Source: Mobula hypostoma (lineage: Eukaryota). From it: 64,000 nt of DNA. The notes beneath the pieces were generated by a model, which was not told where the DNA came from, did no database searches, and saw only the letters and a list, made by a program, of their open reading frames with translations. Made by a program: the position numbers and the translations under genes. Shown here piece by piece: positions 25,780-39,629 of the stretch. Every line of letters starts with the position of its first letter. The first letter of the stretch is position 1. The stretch is taken from positions 191,768,001 to 191,832,000 of the forward strand of contig NC_086097.1 of the NCBI RefSeq assembly GCF_963921235.1, in the 5' to 3' direction.

Positions 25780-26126
25780 CTGTTTAAAGTAAACCAGATA
25801 ACAATTTGTTAGTTTCACTTTACCACTATCAGTGTCATTGCGCATTAGGCAGCTAGTAGTTGCCTAGTAGTTACCATATCTGAAAGGTTTACCTTGGTTG
25901 AGTTCTTCCTCTGATACAGAACAAATTTTAAAAATCGAACTTTTATTATGTAATGCATGTTTAAGATTGTAATGCATTTGAACTGCAATTAAACTTAACA
26001 GATGTAACAAAATTCACTGAGTTACAATATTTTTGCTCAGTTTTAGTTTGATTGTGCAGTTTTCCAAAATCTACATTTTAATTCATATTTAAAATGTGAT
26101 TCTATGTACAGTACCATTGGATGAAT

Positions 26127-28905
26127 CTTAGAAACATAGACAACCTAAAGCAAAATGCAGGCCCTTTGGCCCACAATGCTGTGCCAAACATGTACTTACT
26201 TTAGAAATTACCGAGGGTTACCCACAGCCCTCTGTTTTTCTAAGCTCCATGTACCTACCCAGGAGTCTCTTAAAAGACCCTATCGTATCCGCCTCCACCA
26301 ATATCAATGGCAGCCCATTCCACACACTCACCACTCTCTGCATAAAAAACTTACCCCTGGCATCTCCTCTGTACCTACTTCCAAGAACCTTAAAACTGTG
26401 CCCTCTCATGTTAGCCATTTCAGCCCTGGGAAAAAGCCCCTGACTATCCACATGATCAATGCCTCTCATCATCTTATACACCTCTATCAGGTCACCTCTC
26501 ATCCTCCACCGCTCCAAGGAAAAAAGGTCGAGTTCACGCAACCTGTTCTCATAAGGCATGCTCCCCAATCCAGGCAACGTCCTTGTAAATCTTCTCTGCA
26601 CCCTTTCTATAGTTTCCACATCTTTCCTGTAGTGAGATTACCAGAACTGAGTAAGGTATTCCAAGTGGGGTCTGACCAGGGTCCTATACAGCTGTAATAA
26701 TTACCTCTCGGCTCTTAAACTGAATCCCACGGTTGATGAAGGCCAATGCATCTATGGACTCGGACCCCAAGATCCCCCTGATCCTCCACACAGTTAAGAG
26801 TCTTACCATTAATACTATATTCTGCCATCATATTTGACCTACCAAAATGAACTACCTCACACTTATCTGGGTTGAATTCCATCTGCCACTTCTCAGCCCA
26901 GTTTTGCATCCTATCAATGTCCCGCTGTAACCTCTGACAGCCCTCCACACTATCCACAATACCCCCAACCTTTGTGCCATCAGCAATTTAACTAATCCCT
27001 CCACTTCCTCATCCAGGTCATTGATAAAAATCATGAAGAGATGGGGTCCCAGAACAGATCCCTGAGTCACACCACTGGTCACCGAACTCCATGCAGAATA
27101 TGACCCGTCTATAAGCACTCTTTGCCTTCTGTGAGCAAGCCAATTCTGGATCCACAAAGCAAGGTCCCCTTGGATCCCATTCCTCCTTACTTTCTCAATA
27201 AGCCCTGCATGGGATACTTTATCACATGCCTTGCTGAAATCCATATACACTACATCTACACTACCTTCATCAATGTGTTTAGTCACATCCTCAAAAAATT
27301 CAATCAGGCTCGTAAGGCATGACCTGCCTTTGACAAAGCCATGCTGACTATTCCCAATCATGTTATGCCTCTCAATATTCATATATCCTGCCTCTCAAGA
27401 TCTTTTCCATCAACTTACCAACCACTGAAGTAAGACTCAGTGGTCTATAATTTCCTGGGCTAACCCTACTCCCCTTCTCGAATAAGGAAACAACATCTGC
27501 AACCCTCCAATCCTCTGGAACCTCTCTCGTCCCCATTGAGGATGAAAAGATCATTGCCAGAGGCTCACCAATCTCCTCCCTCCCCTCCCACAGTAGCCTG
27601 GGGGTACATCTTGTCCAGTCCCGGAGACTTATCCAACTTGCTGCTTTCCAAAAGCACATCCTATTTCTTAATATCTATATGCTCAAGCTTTTCAATCTGC
27701 TGTAAGTCATCCCTACAATCACCAAGATCCTTTTCCGTAGTGAGTACTGAAGCAAAGTATTCATTAAGTACCTCTGCTATCTCCTCCGGTTCCATACACA
27801 CTTTTCCACTGTCACACTTGATTGGTCCTCTCCTCTCACGTCTTATCCTCTTGCTCTCACATACTTGTAGAATGCCTTGGGGTTTTCTTTAATCCTGCTC
27901 ACCAAGGCCTTCTCATGGCTCCTTCTGGCTCTCCTAATTTCTTTCTTAAGCTCCTTCCCACTATAGTGCCTTATAGTCTTCTAGATCTCTATCATTATCT
28001 AGTCTTTTGAACCTTTTGTAAGCTTTTCTTTTCTTCCTTACTAGCTTTTCAACAGCCTTTGTACACCACAGTTCATGTACCCTATCATCCTTTCCTTGTC
28101 TCATTGGAATGTAACTATACAGAACGCCACTCAAATATCCCCTGAACATTTGCCACATTTCTGACGTACATTTCCCTGAGAACATCTGTTCCCAATTTAT
28201 GCTTCCAACGTCCTCCCTGATAGCTTCATATTTCCCCCTACCCCAATTAAACACTTTCCTAACTTGTCTGTTCCTAATCGTCTCCAATGCTATGGCAAAG
28301 AAGTTAGAATTCTGATCACTATCTCCAAAATGCTCTCCCACTCAGAGACCTGACACCTGCCCAGATTCATTTCCCAATACCAGATCAAATACAGCTTCTC
28401 CTCTTGTAGGCTTATCTACATTTTGTGTCAAGAAATCTTCTAGAACACACCTAACAAACTCCACCCCATCTAAACCCCTCACTCTAGGGACATGGTAATC
28501 GAGGTTTAGGAAATTAAAATCTCCCCCCAGGACAACCCTGATATCATTGCACCGTTCCAGAATCTGTCTTCCTATCTGCTCCTCTATGTCCCTGTTACTA
28601 TTGGGTGGTCTATAAAAAACACCCAGTAGAGTTTTTGACCCCTTCATGACTTCCCTCCATGACTTCCTCCTTTTCTGCAGACGTGACACTATCTCTGATC
28701 AGCAGTGCCATGCCCCCACCTCTTTTGCCTCCCTCTATGTCCTTTCTGAAATATCTAAAGCCTGGCACTCTATGACCATTCCTGCCCCTGAGCCATCCAA
28801 GTCTTTCTAATGGCCACAACATCATAGCTCCAAGTATTGATCCACGCTCTAAGCTCATCCACTATGTTCATGATGCTTCCTGCTTTAAAATAGACACATC
28901 TCAAA
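26127..28905 (-). mobile_element. Decayed CR1 LINE (EN-RT, frameshifted)
   Basis: Fragments [29 protein letters not shown]; tail near 26130. Confidence 0.9.
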
Positions 28906-29234
28906 CTTCTTGTGAGAAATGTCGTTTATGAAGTTTCAGAAGAAAAGACACAAGATCAGAAATTCATCCCCAGTCAGTGTTGCTGAACATATTATGTATC
29001 AGCATAGCTTTGAAATGTACTCTGTCACTTCATTTGGCCTTACAAATGGGAATGGATTTCAAGATCAACATATTTGTTTATCCTCTTCCATATGATCAAA
29101 CTCATCAATTGGCAGACATGTCTACAGCTGTCCATAAACAGCTGGGATAGCTCAAACTGCAGCAGCTTGTCTTTCTCATCTCTTTCCAATAATAAATAAC
29201 TAATACTCTTTCCCTTCCTGTAGTCCCACAGACA

Positions 29235-29660
29235 GAGTAACGTTTAATGTTCAAAGTACATTTACTGTACAAAGTACTTCTCTGAGATTCATTTTCTTGC
29301 AGATCTTCATAGTAGAACAAAGAAATACAATAGAATCAATGAAAAATTACACACAAAGACTGACATACAACCAATGTGCAAAAGAAGAAACACCGTCCAA
29401 ATACAAGAAAAAACAAACAATAAATAAATAATCCTGAGAACATGAGTTGTAGAGTTATTGAAAGTGAGTTCATAGGTTGTGGAATCAGTTCAGTGTTCTG
29501 CCGAATGAAATTACACATGCTGGTTCAGCACGCTGGTTGAAGGGTAATAACTGTTCCTGAATCTGGTGCAGTGTGACCTAAGGCTTCTATACCTCCCTCC
29601 CAATGGCAGCATCAGCAAAAAGAGAGCATGGCGGGATGGCAGGAGTCCTTAATGATGGTA
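29235..29660 (-). mobile_element. Rex1/Babar-related 3' UTR fragment
   Basis: Similar to the 3' end of 58030-60590 (tactttgaac tail, IIKDSCHP). Confidence 0.5.
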
Positions 29661-29870
29661 ATTTGCTCAGATAAATGAATAAAAAGAAGATTCAATCTAT
29701 TTTTGCACTGTGAACTAATTCCCACTGCTGGTATACAAGAAATTTTGGATAAGACCATAAGATGTAGCAGCAGTAGTAGGCTATTTGGCCCATCGAGGCT
29801 GCTCCGCCATTCAGTCATTGACTGAGCCAGTTCTTCCAGTCATCCCCACTCCCCCGCCTTCACCCAATAC

Positions 29871-32800
29871 TGGAAATATAAGGATGAAGTTAAAGAGACA
29901 GTGAGAATAAGAAAAGTTAAGAAACACAACAGAATCAACAGAGCAGAAAGCTCAAGAAGGGATCATACAGTATGGTCAAGTGAAATAGGAATTGATATGA
30001 AAGGTGAGGGGAGTAATGAATTAAAAGTATTGTATATGAATGCACGTAGTGTAAGAAATAAAGTGGACGAGCTTGAGGTACAGTTGGAAATTGGTAAATA
30101 TGATGTTGTGGGAATAACAGAGACATGGCTTCAAGTGGACAGGGCCTGGCAAATGAATATTCAAGGGTATACGTCCTATCGAAAGGACAGACTGATGGGC
30201 AGAGGGGGTGGGGTGGCTCTGTTGGTGAGGAATGATATTCAGTCCCTTGCGAGGGGGGGGACATAGAATCAGGAGACGTAGAGTCAGTATGGATAGAACT
30301 AAGAAATTCTAGGTAAAAAGACCCTAATGGGAGTTATCTACAGGCTCCCAAACAGTAGTCTGGATGTAGTTTGTAGTTGAATCAAGAGTTAAAATTGGCA
30401 TCTCACAAAGGTAATGCTACAGCTGTCATGGGGGATTTCAACATGCAGGTAGACTGGAGGAATCAGGTTGGTACTGGACCCCAAGAAAGGGGGTTTGTGG
30501 AGTCCCTCCGAGATGGATTCTTAGAACAGCTTGTACTGGAGCCCACCAGAGAGAATGCAATTCTAGATTCAGTGTTGTGCAATGAACCGGATTTGATCAG
30601 GGACCTTGAGGTAAAGGAGCCATCAGGAGGTAGTGACCATAATATGATAAGTTTTAATCTGCAATTTGAGAGGGAGAAGGGAAACTCGGAAGTGTCAGTA
30701 TTACAGTTGAACAAAGGGAACTATGGTGCTATGAGGGAGGAGCCGGCCAAAGTTCAATGGAACAATACCCTAGCAGGGATGACAGTGGAACAGCAATGGT
30801 AAGTGTTTCTGGGAATAATGCGGAAGGTGTAGGATCAGTTCGTTCCAAAGAGGAAGAAAGGTCCTAAGGGGAGTAAGGGGAGGCTGTGGCTGACAAGGGA
30901 AGTAAAGGACAGTATAAAAATAAAAGAGAAGAAGTATAACATAGCAAAGATGAGTGGGAAGACGGAGGATTCGGAAACTTTTAAAGAGCAACAGAAGATA
31001 ACTAAAAAGGCAATACACGGAGAAAAAATGAGGTACAAAGGTAAACTAACCAAGAATATAAAGGAGGATAGTAAAAGCTTCTTTAGGTATGCGAAAAGGA
31101 AAAAAATAGTTAAGACCAAAATTGGGCCCTTGAAGACAGAAATGGGTGAATTTATTATGGGGAACAAGGAAATGGCAGAGGAGTTGAACAGGTACTTTGG
31201 ATATGTCTTCACTAGGGAAGACACAAACAATCTCCCAGATATAATAGTGGCCAAAGGACCGAGGGTAATGGATGAACTGAAGGAAATTTATATTAGGCAG
31301 GAAATGGTGTTGGATAGACTGTTGGGTCTGAAGGCTCATAAGTCCCTGGGACCTGATGGTCTGCATCCCAGGGTACTTAAAGAGGTGACTTTAGAAATCG
31401 TGGACACATTGGTAATCATTTTCCAATGTTCTATAGATTCAGGATCAGTTCCTGTGGATTGGAGGATGGCTAATATTGTCCCACTTTTCAAGAAAGGAGG
31501 GAGAGAGAAAACAGGGAATTATAGACCGGTTAGCCTGACGTCAGTGGTGGGAAAGATGCTGGAGTCAATTGTAAAAGATGAAATTACGACACATTTGGAT
31601 AGCAGTAACAGGATAGGTCCGAGCCAGCATGGATTTACGAACGGGAAATTGTGCTTGACTAATCTTCTGGATTTTTTTTGAGGATGTAACTAAGAAAATG
31701 GACAAGGGAGAGCCAGTGGATGTAGTGTACCTGGACTTTCAGAAAGCCTTTGATAAAGTCCCACATAGGAGATTAGTGGGCAAAATTAGGGCACATGGTA
31801 TTGGGGGCAGAGTACTGACATGAATTGAAAATTGGATGGCTGACAGGAAGCAAAGAGTAGCAATTAACGGGTCCCTTTCGGAATGGCAGGCGGGGACCAG
31901 TGGGGTACTGCAGAGTTCAGGCTGGGACCACAGCTGTTTACAATATACATTAATGATTTAGATGAAGGGATTAAAAGTAACATTAGCAAATTTGCACATG
32001 ACACAAAGCTGGGTGGCAGTGTGAAATGTGAGGAGGATGTTATGAGAATGCAGGGTGACCTAGACAGGCTGGGTGAGTGGGCGGATGCATGGCAGATGCA
32101 GTTTAATGTGGATAAATATGAGGTTATCCACTTTGGTGGTAAGAACAGGAAGGCAGATTATTATCTAAATGGAGTCAAGTTAGGAAAAGGAGAAGTACAA
32201 CGAGATCTAGGTGTTTTTGTACATCAGTCACTGAAAGCAAGCATGCAAGTACAGCAGGCTGTGAAGAAAGCTAATGGCACGCTGGCCTTCATAACAAGGG
32301 GAATTAGGTATAGGAGCACAGAGGTCCTTCTGCAGCTGTACAGGGCCCTGGTGAGACCACACCTGGAGTATTCTGTGCAGCTTTGGTCTCCAAATTTGAG
32401 GAAGGACATTCTTGCTATGGAGGGAGTGCAGCGTAGGTTCACAAGGTTAATTCCCGGGATGGCGGAACTGTCATATGATGAAAGATTGGAGCGACTGGGC
32501 TTGTATACACTGGAACTTAGAAGGATGAGAGGGGATCTGATTGAAACATATAAGATTATTAAGGAATTGGACACGCTGGAGGCAGGAAGTATGTTCCCAC
32601 TGATGGGTGAGTCCCGAACCAGAGGCCACAGTTTAAGAATACGGGGTAGGCCATTTAGAACGGAGTTGAGGAAAAACTTTTTCACCCAGAGAGTAGTGGA
32701 TATATGGAATGCTCTGCCCCAGAAGGCAGTGGAGGCCAAGTCTCTGGATGCTTTCAAGAAAGAGATGGATAGAGCTCTTAAAGATAGTGGAATCCAAGGT

Positions 32801-32920
32801 TATGGGGATAAGGCAGGTACTGGATACTGATTGTGGATGATCAGCCATGATCACAGTGAATGGCGGTGCCGGCTCGAAGGGCCGAATGACCTACTCCCGC
32901 ACCTATTGTCTATTGTCTAT
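29871..32920 (+). mobile_element. 5'-truncated CR1 LINE with complete but disrupted ORF2, inserted into an older - strand CR1 tail (about 29750-29870 and 32921-33240)
   Basis: LYMNARSV, ITETWL, GDFN, PSQHGF, RT C-terminal ORF 31883-32830; (ctattgt)n tail; AATAC duplicated at 29866-29870 and 32921-32925. Confidence 0.93.
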
Positions 32921-34234
32921 AATACCCTTCGATGCCCTGGCTAATCAAAAACCTATCTACCTCTGCTTTAAATGCACCCAATGTCTTGGCCTCCACAGCT
33001 GCTCGTGGCAACTAATTCCACAGATTTACCACCCTCTGACTAAAGTAATTTCTCCGCATCTCTGTTTGAAATGGATGTCCTTCAAACCTGAAGTCATGCC
33101 CTCTTGTCCTAGATTCCTTTATCATGGGAAATAACTTTGCCATATCTAATCTGCTCAGGCCTTTTAACATTCGGAATGTTTCTATGAGAATTCTCCTCAT
33201 TCTCCAGAACTCCAGGGACTACAGCCCAATATTTGCCAGACATGAAAAGGAAGATCAGAAGATCAGATATAAAAATTAGATCTGTCAACATCAGGTGATT
33301 GTGATTCTATTGAAGGTTCTGCGGTTTTAAAGCACAGTCTGGTCTGATTGAAGCAGCAGAATAAGCCATTTCCTAATGATAATCTTCCAATATAAAATTA
33401 ACAGGACTGATAACCAAATTTAGATGATCTTTAGAGTCAGCTACTTCTATGCTTGTGTATTTAATTTTAAGCCCAAGGTCCTTAAAGCCTAATTTCTGTC
33501 AACTGTTCTATTTTGTCAGCGCCTGGTGCACCATATACCCAAAACATGATAACAGCTGAAAATCGGACAAGCAATGCCTGTCCTATCTAGCCTGAACACC
33601 TGTCATCTAGCATGATAAATTTCCAAACAACAGATGGACTATACATATTTCACTAGGAGAGTTCCCTGGTCAATAATCATTGCACTACAGATGCAACATT
33701 TGTTGATCCGAGTTCTACCAGACTCTTGCCTAATGTAGTCAGAATATATTTCAAGGCTTCACGCTATTGTTGCAATTAATATACTGTAAATGATGACCAA
33801 AATATCAGTTGTGTGCTCTAGATCACCAACACAAGGATTTGATAAGCTTCTTTTAAAAAATTCACTCTTCAAGGTAATGTGCCTGTCACATTATTTCTAA
33901 AGTAGCACCAGAGCCTTAACCTTGGAAGTTCATCCTCTACAACAGAACACTCATTTCATTTACCATGACCATTATGTAATATTAACAAATGAGGGAGAGT
34001 TATAGAAAGCACATCATGCTAAGTGGAAGTGGACTGATAATATTAAAAGCTTTTCTATTAGGGCTTCTATGACTGGCAGCTGGGGAAACTTTCATTTCAC
34101 CTGCCAGGAATGGATCTGCATTCTTGTTCCAAAGTTTAATCGGCTGCTACAAATCTGAATAAGTAATGACTTAGTAGTTAATATTTTCACAAATTGTACA
34201 TAGCTGTTAATTTTTGAATACTTTGTTAACTTAC

Positions 34235-34403
34235 ATTTCTTAACCTTTGTTTAAATTGTTCTTCTGGTTCATTAAGGTGTTGATTCGGGACAGGAATATT
34301 CCAGCGTTCAAATTCCATTAATATTTCATCTTTGCTGTATAGAATAGCTGGATCCAAATTATTTCTATTCACGAGTTCAACCAAGTGCTGTTTTAAATGG
34401 ACA
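34235..34403 (-). CDS. RNF31: RNF31/HOIP-like exon, LDD (NVHLKQHLVELVNRNNLDPAILYSKDEILMEFERWNIPVPNQHLNEPEEQFKQRLRN)
   Basis: tttcag / gtaagt splice sites; 169 nt; aligns with HOIP HYKEYLVSLINAHSLDPATLY. Confidence 0.92.
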
Positions 34404-34949
34404 CTGAAATAAAGATGAGGACATCATGTTGAAGTAGAAGTCTTTGTACACCAGTTTCTCAAATGTGTGCTCTAGGCCATTAAAGGTACTTTAAAAATTC
34501 ATAAATCATAATTTATGCATTGTTCAATCTGAATAGCAACAATTTTTAACAGCAGGATATTTTTTAGAAAGGGGCTGTGATAATGGCAGCAATGTAAACA
34601 CCTCAGTGCTTAACTAAAACATAAAATGGATTTTATTCAGAATAGGAGAAATAAAGAGGAAACCAAAGTAAAAACTAGTTTTATTTTATCATTGATAACA
34701 TCATTGAAGTGTTTGCATTGTTATTGTTTTTCAGACCTTACTTATGGAAACTGTGGCAGTTGTTCACCACAGTTTTATCAAAATTATTAAAAACAGAGGA
34801 ACATGAAATGTTCAGATTTAGCCTTTGGGATTGACTTCCTTTCTACAATATGAACGCAAAGTACAGGATAAAAATATGTTTCTACCCCATCACATCAGTT
34901 AAATCTGTTTCATGCAACTGAGTATGAGATAAAAGAAAACAACAAAAAA

Positions 34950-35142
34950 AGTAGATGCCGGAAATCTAAATTAGAAACAGAAAATGCTGGAAATACTCAA
35001 CAAGTGAGGCTGCATCTTTGGGAAGAGAAAGACAGTTAATGCTTCAGGTGTGAAGAAAGGTCTTCCAACTGAATTGTTAACTGTTTATCTTTCCACATAT
35101 ACAGCCTGACCTGCTGGGCATTTCCAGCATTTTCTATTCTGA
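34950..35142. repeat. Old Penelope-pLTR-derived foldback element
   Basis: agaaaatgctggaaat...atttccagcattttct inverted arms; similar decayed copies near 6960-7070, 7790-7905 and 39295-39440. Confidence 0.55.
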
Positions 35143-35653
35143 TACAAGAGTAATGATACCAGAAGCTCCTGAGATGAATGTAGTAACTGGAGACATCTGA
35201 CCCTGTAACAATACTAAGGCTTTACATGAACAGAGAAATACTTTAAGCATGAGCCTAAAAAGACCAGGAGTCCATAAGCACAAGATCATGTTGTAAAGGT
35301 ACTGTCAGAAGTGACTGAATACAAATTTTCTAATCTCAGCCTGGTCAAGAGATGCTAGCTGGATGTTATATATACTGGCAAAGACCTTATCTCTATGAGT
35401 ATTTGTACAAACTAGAGATGGTGAGGGCAAACAACAGTCTGCACTGATAAGATACTTATTTTTCTCTTTTCAAGGTTAAAAGATTGATCAAATAATTGTT
35501 CCTGGCTGACCTGATGATAGACTGTGTGACTGAATCTCTTGCTCCACAACAGAAGCAGGATTCAAATAAAACATAAAACACTGAGATATTGAAAATATTG
35601 AATATAGAAAAAGGACACATTTACTGATTTACAAATATTACAAAGAACAATTA

Positions 35654-36942
35654 CAGTGGATTCCAGTTAACTCGGACATATTGGGACAAGTACATTTTGG
35701 CCCAATTAAACGGCTGCACCAATGAGCCGAAGTTTCATGGAAATAGTTTAAAAAAGTATAAAAAAGAGCAACTACTGTTTAACTGAGTAACAAATTATGT
35801 ACTTATGTAAACAGATTTCCTGCCATCATCAGATACAACAGACAGCCATCAAACCAACTATTAGGAACTAATACAGTTCTACAGTACTGTAGTTGTATTG
35901 ATAGTGTTCTAATTTGTTCTGTATTTTTATTTTAGTTCCTAATAGTTGGTTTGATGGCTGTCTGTTGTATCTGATGATGGCAGGAAATCTGTGTGGAAGA
36001 GCTGGGACAGTTCCACTCTCTCGATCTCAGAAGTCCAGGTCCAGTGGTACAAAGGTTGTTGGTACAGGGGTTCCTTGGATGCAGAGGCTGACCATGACTT
36101 TTCCTGCGCCTCATCACACCCTTTGCTCTCCACAGAATCACCTTCCTGTCCATTGGCTCTCACTGTAAATCTCACTCATCCAGTCCAGCAGAGCTCACTT
36201 CACACATTAGGACAGATGTGACCCTATCTCACTGGGGTATAAGGCCCACAGGCTTCCCTCACTTGGCTTAGCCTGCCTGTTAAACCGGTGTACAACGGTG
36301 TGGCCTCTGTCGCATGCATACAGATTTCAGGTGTCAGCTCAGTGGCACACTGCCATCTCCTTTTGATTGACGCATAAATGAACAAAATCAGCGCAGACAC
36401 CCGGTGTAGGTAATGGACTGCCTTCATACAATTTTCCAACTCTTAATTGCATTCTCCAGGTCTTAATTTTAATTGTTACATTAAAGATGATTATTGGTAT
36501 CTTCTAATTCTTTGTAGTTCCTAACTTGTTGAAGTAGTCAAACTGTTTAATTTTCATTCTCGGCCATTTCTGGCATCAACAAGTCTGAATGCTAGAAACC
36601 GCAGTGAGCAAAACAGCTCTGAATTGTCTTACTGATTATTTCTTGCCTCTTATCTGTGACAAAAATCACTGCATTTTAAACAGAAGCACACACAACTGAT
36701 ACAATTTTAAAAACTGTTTGCTCTAAGTATGGCGTAGAGTCTAATGGCCACACAAGTGTAGGCGTCTAACACTAGTCAGAAACTGTTTGATACCAGTCTC
36801 CTACCCCAATTAAGCAGCATAGTGTCCCAAATAAGCAAAGGGAATCCTGGCTATTTTGTCAATTAGCTTTTGTTCTTCAAGAATTGTCCCAAATAAGTGG
36901 CTGCCCCTATTAACCGATGGCGAAATTAACAGGAATCCACTG
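35654..36942. mobile_element. Tigger/pogo-like non-autonomous DNA transposon carrying a nested insertion at about 35945-36430
   Basis: TIRs CAGTGGATTCCAGTTAA ... TTAACAGGAATCCACTG, flanked by TA at 35652-35653 and 36943-36944. Confidence 0.85.
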
Positions 36943-37944
36943 TATATCAATAGTTATCACTCCAAACAATGGCTCAGAAAATATTTCGTATTTACAGATC
37001 TTCCTCAGATTTTATAGGATTCCCTTTCTGAGAACTGCTTGCAACGTGAGCTGTTGATTAATGCATAAGCCAACTATATGTAGTAAAACATATACATGTT
37101 TTACTACATGTAGTAAAACTAAAGCATTCAGATCCTGCCGCAAACTGAGTTCCCACATGACAGAAGATGCCTACAGCAGCCAGCAATTCTATCCCACTGG
37201 TCTCCCAAGTACAGTCTGTACACAAGTCAAGCATTTGTAACCTGAAGCATTCATGGCCTGGATATGCAAATAAACTTCACCAATTGAAGTCATGACAAAA
37301 CCAGAATTATGGATTCTCTATGATTCTGACAAGCTAATGCACGTGCAGGTAGCTGAAAATCACGCCCCAATTCCACTCATGTAGCTTTGGTTGCACCGCT
37401 CTCATACACATCCCTACAACCCTCCATTGCCTATCTCCGATATAATGTACCCCCACCACTTAGCAACCTCAGGCCTGCCTTTCCACATACTGATCTCTGA
37501 GCCAATCCTCACATAGACTTAGAGCTTTATACAAACCACTAATTCTCATTCAATGGGAGGTAGCAAGATCTGAATCTCCATTAGTCTACCACAACCACAG
37601 TCCACCTCAAGTCTCTACATAGCCTTGAAAAATGATTGTCTCCTGGATAATGAGCACCCTTACCCTCCCTCCCTTAGCCTTTGGTAACTAGCTGATGATC
37701 AGCCTTTCCCCACTATCCTACTCTGATAACCCAGAACAGTGGGTTATGCAGTTTCCTTTGTGCATTCTGCACTGGACTCCCTGGACCTGGTGGACTACAG
37801 AATTTTACTGCTGAGTGTCTCAAACATTAAGTGTTCTTTGGCTTTCCGCACGGTGCCTATTTAACAGGGGTTTGCAGGTATCATACGATTGCTCAACCAA
37901 TACGTTTAACCAGTTGAGGTTCAGAGAGATGTCAGTTCACATAC

Positions 37945-38041
37945 TTGCAGAATCCCGCATAGCCTTTCACTGAAGGTAGGCCGCACTGCTCATCCTTCAA
38001 ACCGTGCGAGGTTTCCCTCTGCTCAGTAACTTTACATTTAC
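37945..38041 (-). CDS. RNF31: RNF31/HOIP-like exon, LDD zinc finger (GKCKVTEQRETSHGLKDEQCGLPSVKGYAGFC)
   Basis: ctttag / gtatgt splice sites; 97 nt; aligns with HOIP GCRVIEQKEVPNGLRDEACG...GYAGLC. Confidence 0.93.
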
Positions 38042-38743
38042 CTAAAGAAGCAAGTGTTTTATCACAAGAAGATTTGGTAATCCATTCGTGAAGACTGCAT
38101 TTTTTGACATTTGAAGAAAAAATATGATTGAATTGTATTGTTCACTACGATTAGAAGCAATATAAATCCCACAAGTTATCTTTGTACCTATTAATAGTAA
38201 GCATCTCTTGCTTACATGTAGATCCAGATGACCTAGGAAACATGTTCTTATTGAACAACATGTTGCTATGACAAAAATCTACTGAATTTTAAAAGTGGCA
38301 CTGGCTTTCAGTTTTGGATCTAAAGGCTCTTAGCTCCTATGGCCTGGTTCACCACATGACTTGTCTTGGGTGCTCCAGTTCCTACCATGTGCTGAAAGTG
38401 TCAAGCTTGATAGGTTATCTGATCACAGTAAATTGCCTTTGGTAAGTTAGTGAGTGGAAGGACCTGAGGAGCACTTGATGGAAATTGGGAAGAATAGATA
38501 AGGAAAAATGATGGGAGAATGGGATTGTTCTAGCAAACTTGAAATAGTCTGTTGTGTCATCTGGAAACATGTTTTCACAAAAAAAGTGGTACTTCCTCTT
38601 TCTGTACACTTCCCAAGTTCCAGGATTTAAAAAAGTATCCTAAAGAGCCACTTCTATGATTTGCAGCCTTAAATTAAATCACTACTCACTCTTATCAAAT
38701 GAATGGTTTAATACTGCATACCCAATACATGTGGAAAGATATA

Positions 38744-38773
38744 CAGTGGTATGCAAAAGTTTGGGCACCCCTG
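38744..38773 (+). mobile_element. Solo Tc1-like terminal inverted repeat
   Basis: TA-CAGTGGTATGCAAAAGTTTGGGCACCCCTG; no partner TIR seen in the window. Confidence 0.55.
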
Positions 38774-38924
38774 CTCAATATTTAAGATACTGATCTCTGC
38801 TGGTGTAGATGTAGACCTATGGGAGAGCTCCATTGTAATGTCAAAGGACACATGCTAAATGTTCACATATGTTCATGCAGTACAAACTAACTTTTACACA
38901 TAGTATCGTTCTTATAATAATTAC

Positions 38925-38982
38925 CTTCCATATGACCCAGACTATTATCTGTTATGAAACCAGTCAAGGGAACATTCCCCAT
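38925..38982 (-). CDS. RNF31: RNF31/HOIP-like exon (MGNVPLTGFITDNSLGHME)
   Basis: ttctttcag / gtaatt splice sites; 58 nt; supplies the phase 0 to phase 1 link required between the flanking exons. Confidence 0.8.
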
Positions 38983-39629
38983 CTGAAAGAATAGAAATCA
39001 CAGACACTAACTAAGTAGTAAAAAAGAACAATTGTTTGGTATTATTAAGATAATAACTCAATAATATGATGGCAGTAGAAAAATTTTACTATAAAGCTGG
39101 CTGATGTGTTTAAAATGTACTTTGTAATATATTAAAACTCTCAAGTTTTATCACGAGATACTTACTCCTGCATATTCCAGATTTTACATTTAAAAGTCAA
39201 AGTGTAGTTTAGTGTCATGTGACGTGTAGTTGCGACAATCCAATGAATTCCACTGCAAATACCATGTTAGCGTTCCTTCTGAGAGGACTAGAACATGAAA
39301 GCAGAGATTCTGCAGACGCTGGAATCTGAAGCAACACACAGAAAGAACTGCTGGAAGAACTCAGCAGGTTGAGTAGCATCAGTGACGGGGAAGGAAGTGT
39401 TGCTGTTTCTGAGTGAAACCCTGCATCGGGACTGAAGGTGGAGAGGAAAGATGGCCAGTATAAAAAGAATAAAGGGAGTGGTGAGAAAGGATTCTGTGAT
39501 GAAAGGGGGACTGAGAAGGGGTGTAAGATGGCAGGCAAAGTGCCAGGTAGGGAGATGGAATGGAAGCATGTGTTTATCGCAGGAAAATTTGGATTCCAGG
39601 AATGAAAGGGTTATCATATGAGGAACATT

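Noticed and set aside
20235..32854. Many antisense ORFs overlapping CR1 copies (e.g. 32224-32757)
   Set aside because: They are shadow frames of CR1 ORF2 with no independent coding signal.
34093..34155. Alternative terminal exon ICSSRLNFGTRMQIHSWQVK* for the RNF31-like gene
   Set aside because: An AG and the right phase exist, but it has no resemblance to the HOIP C-terminus; 25720-25779 fits better. Not excluded without RNA data.
36200..36430. HDV-like ribozyme at the end of the nested insertion
   Set aside because: A GGCUAA-like segment is present, but I could not build the P1/P2/P3/L3 nested pseudoknot by eye.
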